Shown in pieces: positions 40,340 through 54,200 of a stretch of DNA of 64,000 nucleotides. Positions within the stretch are counted from its first letter, which is position 1, and every line of letters starts with the position of its first letter. Source of the DNA: the human T2T-CHM13v2.0 reference genome, Homo sapiens; NCBI RefSeq assembly GCF_009914755.1, contig NC_060928.1. One strand, 5' to 3'. The notes below the pieces were generated by a model, which saw only the letters and a list, made by a program, of their open reading frames with translations, was not told where the DNA came from and searched no databases. The translations under genes were made by a program, and so were the position numbers.

Positions 40340-41030
40340 AAATAAGTCAAAACATAACAGATGCTAGTGAGGTTGCAGAGAAAATGGAACACTTGTACAC
40401 GTTGGTATAAGTGTAAATTAGTTCAACCATTGTGGAAAGCTGTATGTTGATTCCTTAAAGAGCTAAAAACAGAACTACCATTTGATTCAGTAATCCCATT
40501 ACTGGTTATATGCCCAGAGCAGTATATATCATTCTCTTATAAAGACACAAGCACATAAATATTTATTGCAGCACTATTCACAATAGCAAAGACATGTAAT
40601 CAACCCAAATGCCCATCAGTGACAGACTGGATGAAAAAAAGTGTAGCACATATAGACATGGAATACTATGCAGCCATAAAAAAGAATGATATTATGTCTT
40701 TTGTAAGAACATAGATGGAGCTGGAGGCTATTATCCTTAGCAAACTAACTCAAGAACAGAAACCAAATACTACATGTTCTCACTTATAAGTGGGAGCTAA
40801 ATGATGAGAACTCATGAACAAAAAGAAGGGAACAATAGATACTGGAGTCTATATGAGGGTGGAGAGTAGGAGGAGGCAGAGAAGCAGCAAAAATAACTAT
40901 TGGATACTAGACTTAATACCTGGGTGATGAAATAATGTGTACAGCAAACCCCATGACATGAGTTTACCTGTATAACTAACCTGCACACGTATCCCCAAAC
41001 CTAAAATAGAAGTTAAAAATAATTTAAAAA
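40340..41030 (+). mobile_element. L1 3' end fragment (L1PA16/17-like)
   Basis: aacagatgctagtgaggttgcagagaaaa...ggaatactatgcagccataaaaaag...acctgggtgatgaaataat...cctaaaata tail. Confidence 0.85.
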
Positions 41031-42746
41031 GTAGACATTTCTAAATTCACATCCTTCTTATACTCTGACTCTATTTTCATGCTATGATCAGAGCCCAGCT
41101 TCTGGCATGAGTTTTCTATACATATGATTTTCTCTTTTTCCCCTTCACTTCACTCTCTTTCCCCTTACAAACTCTTTTTATAAAAATTATCTTATAGTAA
41201 TTGTGATATATTTGACACATACAGATTTATATGCAGCAGATATAACTTTTTAGGTACAGTAACACAAAAAATAGCTGTGCTTTCTCATCTAACCCATAAA
41301 CTGCATTATCAATAACTTGTATTATACATAACTGTACCTCTACAACATCAATTACACAACACCAAGAACTAAACTGTAGACTTAATAATTCATATATAAT
41401 TAGATTAAAATAAAAATCCATTATGACTATGTCTCTTATTGAGAGAATTTAGTGTGTTCATAATTCACTGTTGATACATTTTATATATTTTTCTACATCG
41501 TGCATCATCTTGTTCAGTTTTTAAATGTTTGTTTCTTTTTGTTTGTTTTTCCTACTGTTTTGCAAATTAATTTGGCTAATTCTTGGATTTTCTTTTTCTT
41601 ATTCATATATCTCTTTTGATTCTATATCAGAACTTATTTCATTTCTTTTATTGGCCCTTAAAAAAGTCACCATGAAAAGTAATTCCAGAACTGAAAATAC
41701 TTTGCCTCTCTTTGTCACTTAAATAATTCATATGTCCTTATTTCTCAGTGCTATATTTTGCATAGTTTCTTATGATACATTTTCTGCTTGTTTTTTTCTC
41801 TTTAATTTAAGGAGATTTCTAGAAATTTCATTTTTAGAAGTGATGTTTCTTTTAATCTTCCTGTCCATTTCTGAAATATTCTTACTGCTTTCTCATCTTT
41901 GTTATTTAGCTCTTTATTTCTTTAACATTTTGTACATAGTTATTCTATACTCGTTGTTAGATATTTCCTATACCTTCAGTTTGGAAGGATTGAAGTCTGT
42001 CATTTGTTTACATTGAGGTAAAATATACATATAAAATTTACCATTGTTATCATTTTAAGATGTACGGCACAGTGGTAATAAATACATTCAAATATTTCCT
42101 TCATCGCCTCCCTCTTACACTTTCAGGTCTCTGGTAACTACCTGTTTGTATTATCCGCTGACTTACTGAAGGTGACTTGCTTTTTAATGTGCTATCTTTG
42201 AGCTCACAATAATTGATTTAATATTTGGAGGTTCTTTGAGCTGCAATATTGGAAGCTTCATTCCGTAAAGAATTTGCTTCTCTTTATGCTTCTTCCAGCA
42301 TCCAGCTAACACCAGGAACTACCATGTTAACACAAACTAAGTCCCTCCTCCTCCAGGGCTCTGCTCAGTTTAAGGTTCTTGGATTCAGCTTCAGCACAGC
42401 TCTGCTGCTGCTATCTGCACCCAGCCTCAGGACAAGAATACCTAACTTGGCTTCTTGCTACTCTGGTCCCAGACCATGCATGTTATTTGGAGGAAGCATT
42501 GTTGGAGACCTCCTTTACTTATGAGATGAGTGATAACTCAAAGAATGTGCATTATGAAGAATATACTTTTCTGTATTGAGAAGATCCCTCTATACCTAGT
42601 CAACTTTATTTTGAAAGCAGAACTCCTTTGCTCTTCAAAAGGCTCCAATTCCACTTCAACCATAATCGCTGTAAAAACAGTGCTCAGTGAATAAAATATG
42701 GCCAAATCTAATGAATATAATGAATATATTGTAGTTCTTATCTTTC

Positions 42747-43037
42747 TTTTTTTTTTTCTTTTTTTTGAGACGGAGTCTCGCTCTATCGCCCGGGCTGGAG
42801 TGCAGTGGCACGATGTCGGCTCACTGCAAGCTCCGCCTCCCGGGTTCACGCCATTCTCCTGCCTCCTGAGTAGCTGGAACTACAGGCGCCCGCCACCACG
42901 CCCGGCTAATTGTATTTTTAGTAGAGACGGGGTTTCACTGTGTTCGCCAGGATGGTCTCGATCTCCTGACCTCGTGATCCACCCGCCTCGGCCTCCCAAA
43001 GTGCTCGGATTACAGGCGTGAGCCACCGCGCCAGGCC
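42747..43037 (-). mobile_element. AluY
   Basis: CpG-rich, with Y-diagnostic gcaagctccgcctcccgggttcacgccattctc and ccaggatggtctcgatctcctgacctcgtgatc. TSD ttcttatctttctt. Lies within decayed L2-like sequence. Confidence 0.95.
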
Positions 43038-43884
43038 ACTTCTTATCTTTCTTAACCTCTCAGCAATATTCATTATAGTTATCAGTCTTCCCTTTTTTGA
43101 ACATGCATTTTTTGAATTCTAAGGTACTGTACTCTTGTAAGTTTTCTTCTTTTAAATTTTTTTTTTAATCGTCTTTGCAGTCTCTTACCTCTTTTGATTG
43201 TTAAATAATGAAAAGCCTTAGGGTGTTGCTCCAAATCTCTTCTTGTCTCAATATACTTCTCCTCCTGTATGAAATAATTTACTACCATGTCTTTAAAAAT
43301 ACAACTATGTATCAATGATTCCAGATATTTAATTCTACTTCATCTCTCTCCTCACATCAAACTTGTACATAAAATAATTCAAAACAGCTTTTTACATATG
43401 TTACTGGAAACTCAAATATATTATCCAACCTAAACTCTTAATCTTCTTGCCAAAGTGTGTTCCAAGATTTGCTTATCTTAATAAATTATATTGCCATTTA
43501 TTCTATAACTGAAATAGATTTCTAGAAATCACCTTTTACATTCTCCCTTCCCCTATTCATACGTTGCACCTATTATCATCAAACCATGTCATTTCTAACT
43601 TCTAGGTATTTTTCTTGACTACGCCTGTTTCTTTTCACCCCTAATGCTTATAATGCTATACCTTCTCAGTCTTACACTTACTCCCTCCTATCCAACTTTT
43701 TCATGATTAATAAGTGCTATCTTTTGTAAATTATTCAATAGCTTCTTAGTATACTCAGAATTCAGGAAAAAGCCTTTTCCTACTGTACAAAACCCTGAAT
43801 AACATTTCCTTTAACTAGCTCTCTAGCGATACCTAATGCTTCCATCACTTTTATCATCATGCCTCATCCACACTGGCTTTAAGT

Positions 43885-44280
43885 ATAAGTTAACTTTTAT
43901 ATAGTAATGCTGCATAACAAACCCCCAGATATCCATGGCTAAAAACAACAATATTTATGTTTAATGCATGAGGCTCTGTGTCAACCATAGCAGCACTGCT
44001 ACAGGCTGTAGGGTGTCTTATCGTTCCGCCGCCCTTGCTAAAAGAGCAGTTTCTCCCTGGCGCATGATGTTCTCACAGTGGATTGTTAGAACACAAGCTT
44101 AAGGAAATTCATAATCCATCTTTAGTCTCTACTCAAAACTGACATGCTGTCACTTTTAACTACATTCCAGTCCCCAGAGAAAGTCAGATTGCAAGCCCAA
44201 CGTTAATAGACAGGGAAATCATACCAATTCCACAAGAAGGAGCAAGGGTAGGGCAGCCTGAAAATTTGATAAACAAAAAT
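43885..44280 (-). mobile_element. Old MLT1-family LTR
   Basis: gtaatgctgcataacaaacc...ctgtcacttt...acattcca...aaagtca...caagcccaa...agggaaat pattern. Confidence 0.55.
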
Positions 44281-44559
44281 AAAATAGATTGAAATTTTAG
44301 TCTTTTAAAGCCCGTACTTTTTTGTTCCAAGGCCTTGGCATGAGGCTTGAGTAGTTTTCATTGAATTCTTTAAAGTTCCACTTTAAGACTACTTTTTGCC
44401 TAATAATAGGACTCCTTTCAGCTTTGTTTTTTTTTCTTCTCATTTATCCTCAGTGATTAAATGAAATAGAAATGACAACTGAGAATTCTGAGACAAGGTT
44501 CTATGTCAGTAGCAATAACCAGAAAGCATAAAGTCAAATTTAATTTATAAAACTTCTTT

Positions 44560-44839
44560 TCGTATTTACATATATTTTTGACACAGGTCTTACTCTGTTG
44601 CCCAGGCTGGAGTGCAGTGGCACAATCTTGGCTCACTGCAACCTCTGCCTCCTGAGTTCAAGTGATTCTCATGCCTCAGTCTCCTGAGTAGCTGGGACTA
44701 CAGGCACAAACCACCACAACTGGCTAATGGAGTTTCACCATGTTGGCCAGGCTGGTCTGAAAGTCCTGCCCTCAAATAATCTGCCCACCTCGGCCTCCCA
44801 AACTTCTGGGATTACAGGCATGAGCCACCATGACTGGCC
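44560..44839 (-). mobile_element. Alu (S/J) lacking the central A-rich linker
   Basis: ggctaat is joined directly to ggagtttcaccatgttggcc; otherwise a standard antisense Alu. Confidence 0.88.
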
Positions 44840-45099
44840 CTATAATTTATTTAGATAATGAAAGACTATTCTGCAAAATATACGCAGAAGTCTCATAAAC
44901 CAAAAGAAGAAAGAAGAAAGGAAAGGACGGAGGAAGGAAGGAAACAGGAAAAGAAAAGAGGAAACAAAATAACTTTTAATAGAAAAATAAAGTTGTTCAC
45001 AAACAATTCACAAAAAGAAGCCTATGTTGCCAATTAGTGTACAAAATGACACATTATTTCATACTCATCATTTTGTAAAAATAGAAAAATACAGCAATA

Positions 45100-45550
<451 letters not shown>

Positions 45551-45600
45551 TTACAATAACTTTTCTGGAAAATTTCTTAACCAATTTATATACGACATAG

Positions 45601-46335
45601 TGAAGTTGCTTTTGTAAAAATTATGATAGCAAGAAGAAATCTAATACAGATGATTCCATCTTTCCTCTAACCTCACAAGCTAACTGTCTTTGCTTATTCC
45701 TTGGCATATGCCAAGCTAGCTGTGGGAGGAATTTCGTTTATAGTTTAACTTTAAAACAAAGGTGATAACCGTCCCTTCCCAGAACTAATCTCCCTGGTTT
45801 GGGGCTGAACCTGCTTTTGTAAAAATAACAGATTGGCCACACGGTTAGAATTATGATCCAGGAGTCATGTAGCCATAGGTCATAAGAATTGTAACCTCCC
45901 CAATTGCTCCTATAGATAACATCACTATTATAAAACCTAAGACTGGTGTTTGAGATGTTTTCAGAGCTTTCATTCTGATGCACTAGCTGACTCCACCCAG
46001 ATCAATAACCCATACTAAGAAACTGACTCAACTGCCCTTGTGCCTCCCAACCCAGGAATTGACTCAGTGCAAGAAGACAGCTTCAACTCCCTATAATTTC
46101 ATCCTTGCCCCAACCAATCAGCATTCCTCTATTCCTCAGCCCCTCTGTCTACCAACCTATCCTTGAAAAATCCAAGCATCTAAATTCTTGGGGAAGCAGA
46201 TTTGAAAATTATCTTCTGTCCCCCTCACCTGTCTGGCCCTGTGATGATTAAACTCTTTTTTGCTGTAACACCTGCTGTTCTCTGTGTATTGGCTTTTCTG
46301 GGCAGTGAGCAAGATGAACCTGTCGGCCAATTACA
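45601..46335 (+). mobile_element. LTR8-family ERV1 solo LTR
   Basis: tgaa...ttttgtaaaaattatga...ccatctt...ctaacctcacaagct...gggaggaattt...ttatagtttaactttaaaacaaag...ccaaccaatcagca...attaaactc...gatgaacc...ttaca. Confidence 0.82.
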
Positions 46336-48494
46336 TTGGAGCTAAAAAAACACCTGATTAACACGGCATGATTTTTTTCAGAAAAAAAAAAAAGGGTGAA
46401 TGGTTTTAGTTCTTATTTATAATTCCCCATTAATTTAAAAAGGCAAAATTTTCCCTTTATTTTCTGCTTTTCTTCATTTCTTTGCTTTATTTGCAATCAT
46501 CCTTATTTTTATATATCAATTATTCTTGTCTTTATCCTTATATCTTTCCTTTACCATTTTCTTAATTACACCATGTTTAATAAGATAGCAAATAAATTTG
46601 TGGATGTTATAAAATAATTTATATATTTTTAAGAATAATAAACGATGAGGGAAATACAAGAAAAATGATATACATACTATTTTCTCAAGTGCCCATTCAG
46701 TAGAAGTCACATAACAAGGCTGATTCTTACTAAAATCTCAAAGTACAACCATAAGGTCAATTTGGTAAGTGGTAGCTGCTCCATAAATCCTGCTGAATTT
46801 GTTGATGAATGAATGAATAGATCTGCAACTTGTCGAGATGAATACTGGGAAGAGTTGTTCACTATAACTCAATTGTTCAACTTTCTTATGTAATAATAGT
46901 GTAAAGTAGAACTTGAATTTATTTTTAGTTTTTCCATAAGGATAACCAAGTGTAACCTCTCCCTGAAAGTACTGTGTTACTACCTTTCATCGCCACTAAA
47001 TGCTTGGTTAGAAATCCTTTCATAACAATAGTGATAAGAATATAGTATTTTGAAATGTGTCAATAAACTAAACTAGCCTGAGCCTATTTAAAATGTTAGT
47101 TTGCTTCCAGAAAGACATGATGACTTAAAATGTCATTCTTAATGAGATCCACTTTATAAGAGACTACGCAATTTACCCACTTCTCAAATTTTTACAAAGT
47201 CAATTTGCCTCTTAATGTTCATGTATGTTCAAACCTTGCAGGATGGAATAAGAATAGTTTCTCATCTCTTATGTCTTGCCTCCTGTCTAATCAAAGCATT
47301 TTCTAATTCAAATTGCATTAAGTGGTGCACATCAGATGAGTTCATCTAGTCATTGAATGAGAAAAGCATCCCACTGAGGGCTGAGCTGAGGAATCACTTA
47401 AAGCTTTTAACTATCAAGCTGTTTTCAACCTATTTATTTTCCATGACATCAATTATCATTTTCACAAGATTGGTTTCTCAATAGTTTCTTTTCCTGGTGA
47501 GGTGACATAAAAAGGAAAAAAAAAAAGTGATCTTCTTACTCAGTTACATAAATCTCAATACCAAACCCCCATCACATTCCCAAACAATCATTCTATCTAA
47601 ATTCACTCATAAGTAATATTGTAAAATAGATTATTCTATTGTGCAAAAGAGGATGTTAGAAGTTTTGCTTGCTTTATAAAAAAATACTGGGGCTTTTATA
47701 GCTATATATAAACAAAGAAATTTATCATATTAGTGTAATAATTCATTGTTTGATCACCATTATTCATTTGATGATTAGAAAACAAAACTTTTAGAATCTC
47801 TTTCTGCTTAATTCCTTGCAACTGGGCCATTCCTTGATGGATTTTTTTTTTCAAATTGATTTGAATAGCATTTAAAAAACAGTCTAAGGCAATTGGCTAT
47901 TTATTTTGATTTATTAAAAACAGAAACTACATTTAAGAAAAATTCAGTCCAATTTGAAATTGGAATCTGAAGTTCACAAACATTGTGCCACAGTTTGTCC
48001 AGATATCCACAATTCAATGTCATGTACCTTGTGTTAGAAACTTTTCAATTACATTTAAAATGAAATAAAGAAATTAGATTTGGGTTCTGGACAAACTTAA
48101 AATTCCTATCATTTTTTAACGGCAAATCAACCCTGCCAGCCACAATAGCCATAGTAATGGGGCTCAGGAATTTTTATTCATGTTACATGATATTGGTTTT
48201 CAAAAACTGGGTATCTTCTCTTGAGAATGTGGAATTTTGATAATGAAACTGTTACATATCTTTTACATAGGACTAGGGCTGAGACATGTAAATGTATAAT
48301 AATCAATCATTCATCATGAATACCAGAGAGGCTGAGAATTATCTTTCTAGAGCAATGAATAAAGCTGATATTTGGAGAGAAACACAGACAAAAAAAACAA
48401 AAACAAAAAACAAAAAAACAAAAAAAAAAAACTCTACAACAAACCTCTACATGTACCCACTGAACCTAAAATACAAGTTGGAAAGAAAAAAAAT

Positions 48495-49308
<814 letters not shown>

Positions 49309-49529
49309 AGCAAAGTTGCTATCTTCAAGAAACTTACAGGTAAAAAGGAGAAATAGATAATACATATATTATGTCACATTATGATGGGGAAATTATAAAT
49401 GAGTTTATAATAATGTGTAAGCAGCATATACCTTACTGATTCACATTGGGAGGTGATAAGAGAAATTTGAATCAAGAAGACCGACTTTACAGATAAAGAA
49501 AATTGAGTCACCAACTTAAAATAAGGAAT

Positions 49530-51205
49530 TTGTATATAGTTTATTCAGTGTGATGTGATCATATTCAATATTCCATCTAGAGACCCAGCTAGTTGTTCAT
49601 CAATTTCTCATCACTAAAACAAACAAACAAACAAACAAAAGAACAACCCTAGAAAGACTATTCTTTCTCTATTGTCTTAGCAACTTTGTTGAAAATCATT
49701 TGAGCATACATTTGAGGATTTCTGGGCTCTCTCCTTAATTCCATTGGTCTAAGTGTTTGCCTTTCATGCCAGTACCATACTGTTTTCAATATGGTAGCTT
49801 ACTTTTGAAATAAAGAAGTGTCAAATCTCCATCTTTGTTCTATTTTTACAATGTGGTTTTGCTATTACGTCCCTTGAGATTCCAGATGAATATTAGGACG
49901 AGTTTTTCTATTTCTGCAAAAGCAAATGGTGGTGGGAAAATTAAATATCCACATGCAAAAGAATGAAGTTGGACTTTTCCTAACATGACACATAAAAATT
50001 AACTTAAAAATAGTTTCATAGTCTAAATGTAAGACCTAATATTATAAAACTCTAGAAGAAAACATAAGACAAAAGATTCACAGCATTGTATTTAACAGTA
50101 GTTTTTTGGATCTAGTACTAAAAGCATAGACAACAAATTAAAAAATAGGTAAGCTGTATGTCATCGAAATTTCTAACTTTTATGCATCAAAGGTGATTAT
50201 CAAGAATGAAAAACACAACTCACAAAATGGAAGAAAAAATATTTTTTAAATCACATATCTCATAAGGGATTAATAACTAGTATACATATTTTAAAAACTT
50301 CTACAATTCAACATCCAAAAATAGCCCATCAACACTTTAAAAATGAGCAAAAGGCTTGAGTAGACTTTTTTTCAAAGACAATATTCACAAGTGACCAATA
50401 AAGACATTAAAAGATATTCAACATTACTATTTATTAGTAAAATACAAAACAAAACCATAATGAGATACCACTTTGCACCCACTAACATGGCTATTATAAA
50501 AAAAGAAAAAAACACACAGTTAAAAAATAACAACTGTTTTGGAGTATGTGGAAAAATTAAAATTCATATACATTGCTATGGGAAGGTAAAATCATGCAGT
50601 CGCTATGGAAACCAGTAAATATTAAACATAGACTTACCATATAACCAGCAATTTCACTTCTGGGCATATACTCCAAAGAATTGAAAGCAAGGACTCAAAC
50701 AGATATTTGTACACCAATGTTCATAGCAGCATTATTTACAATACCCAAGTGATACAACCAGCACAAATGTCCATCAATAGATAAAAAAGCAAAATGTGGC
50801 ATATGTATAATAGAATATTATTCAGCCTTAAAATGAACTGAATTCTGATACATACTGAAATATGGATAAACCTTGATGGCATTATGCCAACTAGGCAAAA
50901 CAGAAAAGTACAAATGTTGTATGACCCTATTTACATGAGACACCTGAAATATTAAAATTCATAGAAACAGAAAGTAGAGTAGTAGTTACAAGGGGTTGGG
51001 AAGGGGAATGGGGAGTTATTGGTTAATGGATACCAAGTTTCAGTTTGAAATGATGAAAAAATTCTGGAGATAGATAATGGCGATGGTTGATGCAATGAAG
51101 ATATAACAACGTGAATGTACTTAATGCCACTGAACTATACGCTTAAAAAATGTCAAAATGGTAAATTTTATGTTACATATATTTTACAACAATAAAAACA
51201 ATTTT
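49530..51205 (+). mobile_element. L1MB with inverted 5' segment (antisense ~49530-49921, sense ~49923-51205)
   Basis: Antisense ORF2 (gactattctttc...ccattggtcta...gccagtaccatactgtttt) abuts sense ORF2 (caaatggtggtgggaaaa...ccacatgcaaaagaatgaagttggac). The sense part runs into an L1MB 3'UTR (gtgaatgtacttaatgccactgaact). Confidence 0.8.
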
Positions 51206-54200
51206 TAAAAACCACCTGATTTAAGGTAGTCTCTTTCCAAGTTCCTTGAACTGAGAAATTTTGTCACTTTCCAAGTCCTCTCTCTTAAAAACATTTGTTA
51301 AACTCACAGAAATTATTTTATAATACGAAGCCCCATTGGCAATATACATGTAAGTGATTTACAAAAGAAAACAAAAGTAGTATGAGGAAATAGGTGGTAT
51401 TCTCTCGGGTGTGGCTTAAATTTTCTTATCTCTCCCTAGAAAAGTAAAAGTGGTCTTTAAGGGCTGCCCTCACTAAATCGCTACAAAAAATAAATAAACA
51501 ACTCTTGGGCAGGTGCCTAGACATCTTGCAAATTAAAAGAAAACACATTTTTAGGCCTTTCATGGATTTTTTTCCAGTAGTAAACATGAAGAGTATTATT
51601 TAGGACTGCTTATACTTGACAAAGACTTTATACTTGAAAGTCTGATCTTTGTTTAAACGCAAAGAAAAAAAAATTCTTGACAAAGTTTCACTACTATTCA
51701 AAATCTGCTTGAATATAAAAACATATGCCATCGTTCCATGATTTTGCTGAGTGAATATACAATAGTACTGAAAGAGAAGGAAATATATTTGAATTACACC
51801 ACCTCACAAAGTAATGTCCCAAAGTAGAATGAAATAATCTGTAGCAAAATGTGTTGTGGCTAGCTTAAAATAGTTTTACATTATAGAAATATATGAAAGG
51901 CATAAGTTTAAATAACAATCTTAAAAAGTCCAATTCATAATAGTGACCAATACATAAAATTTATAGCAAACAATATTTTAGTACAAAGGAAATCAAGATA
52001 ACTAGCATCTGGAATAAGAAATGTGTAAAGATTGTATAATTTTGATTACAGAATGCATGACTTATGTTCCATTATCCAGTCTTTTCTACTTCTATGTGGT
52101 GCTTTCAGTTTAGTGACACTGGATTTCTTTTAATACGTTTAACTTACTTTCTCCATTGTGATTAATAGAAGTAAATCAAGACTTTTCACATTCATTTGTT
52201 TTTCAGAAAAAAAAGTAATGTAACATTTTTTCTAAATAATTTCCTAAATATGAATGTATTAATTATAATTTCATGACTACTGCCTATTTTTAAGAAATTA
52301 AATTTATGTGCTGCAAGGATTACTTTCATCACTTAATGTTGTGTAAACATTCTATTAGGAGAATTGTTTATTCAGGCTTGTATATTTTCAAGTGATGTAT
52401 CTATCATTGTTTCAGTGTTTTGAATGTAAAATACATTGTTTGTTCTTATGGCTACTATTTTTTTTCCATGGAAATTTTAATGCTTATCTCTGGAAAAAAA
52501 GCTCTAAATTGGTTGACTAAAACATAAAATTAACCTAAAACACTGAAATCTGATTTTATTTATTATAGAATGTGAATCTATCTATCTCTACATATAGACA
52601 AGACAAGGCAATCTGCAAATATGATAGTTTGCGCAAGCAGTGAAATGGAAGTACAATGATGCATATTTGACATCTGAATCAGTGATCTAATGACTCATAC
52701 TTTGCTTTCCATTATGTAGTATCATCAAATGGTTTTATTTAGTTACTGATTGAATCACATTATATTAAAAAGGAGTACAGTAACCACTAGAAAAACCAAT
52801 AGCGACGTTCCAGACCAACCACTTTGTGAAATTTATAAATATTATCCACAAAAACAAAAAAGCTCAAACCATAAAGACATAATTAAAAGTTATAATATTT
52901 GTTTAAGAAAGGGATGACTTACCTTTTTACTTGGAGTTGTATAAATCAAGTCACAATATGGATTATAAATATGCCCCCAAATAAAGCAGAAACAATAGCA
53001 AATTTATTTAAACAAAACATATTAATGGATTTTACTGTGAAGGATAATAGCATGACTTTAGTGCATGAAGACTGATACTCTTTTTACAACAGGGTGGAAA
53101 TCTTGATGAATTTATGTACAAATTAACATTTGGCCTAGATTTATTATGGATTCCAGGCAGATTATTTTACCAAATTAAAAATTATGACTTTTAATGATGG
53201 CTAAAGAAGTAATACTTGCATGCAAATCCATCTAACATTCAAAGAGAACATTTGAGATTTAAAAAGCTATGCAGTTTTGATTCAAAATTGAAGTAAATTT
53301 TATAAACTTTAGTATGAACAAAATTCCTCACATGATTTTCTAGCAATCAATGAGAAGAATTGGCAGGAACTGCAGATTATGTATTTCCATTCTAAATTGG
53401 AGTGAATGTCAAGGCAAACTTGAAAAAAAAAAAAGGTTATGGTTTTGTGTTTGTATATTTGCTTGTTTTTAATTAGGGCTATATGAAAATACGCTTCTAT
53501 GATACTAAGAATGTCAGAAAATATTACTTCTATAATTGTAATAGCTTTAACAAAGGAATGCCATGAAAAATTTCTAATGTCCTTAATAGTCATGAATTCA
53601 TAAGCATAACATCATCATATTTTATATACAGAATGATCATTTTTTAAAAAAATATATTTAAGATAACAGGATCAAGATAATAATTGCATTTATATTGTGA
53701 AATATTCAATTCTTTAAGGAAAATGTCAGAAAACACATATGTACCTTTTGAAGAATTAAAAAACCACTCTTCTACTCAATATCAAAGTTAAAAAGTGATA
53801 AAATGACTTTGAAGACTTCACAATTTCATTTCTCCCAAGGCCTAAAAATTCCACTGTTCCATCTTCTAGTTCATTAATTCTTGCTTAGGACATGTATAAT
53901 CTTGCTTAGTTTTGTAAAAACTGCAGTGAAAGCCAACTGTTACACTTTTTATTGTTATTATTTAAGTGTTTTTATTGTTCATAGATTCCTTGCATATAAT
54001 CTTAAGCTTTGAACAGGTAATTATATTTATTTTATTATCTTTGTCTAATTACATAATTATATGAAGTATCTGTGTATTTTCTTTTTTTGTTTTTTTTTTT
54101 GGTTTTGGTTTGGTTTGGTTGTTTTTGCAGCTCATGTTTCATTTTTGCTCTCTGTAAATAGATATTTTGACTGTAACTTTGTTGTTTTCCTTAAAAATTG

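Noticed and set aside
52917-52925. Strong minus-strand splice donor AAG|GTAAGT; other GTAAGT donors near 551 and 55753
   Set aside because: No matching acceptor or open frame was found nearby, and such sites are expected by chance in 64 kb.
54075-54135. Long T-rich tract ending in TGCAG, resembling a splice acceptor
   Set aside because: It is a T/G simple repeat with no donor or coding frame following.
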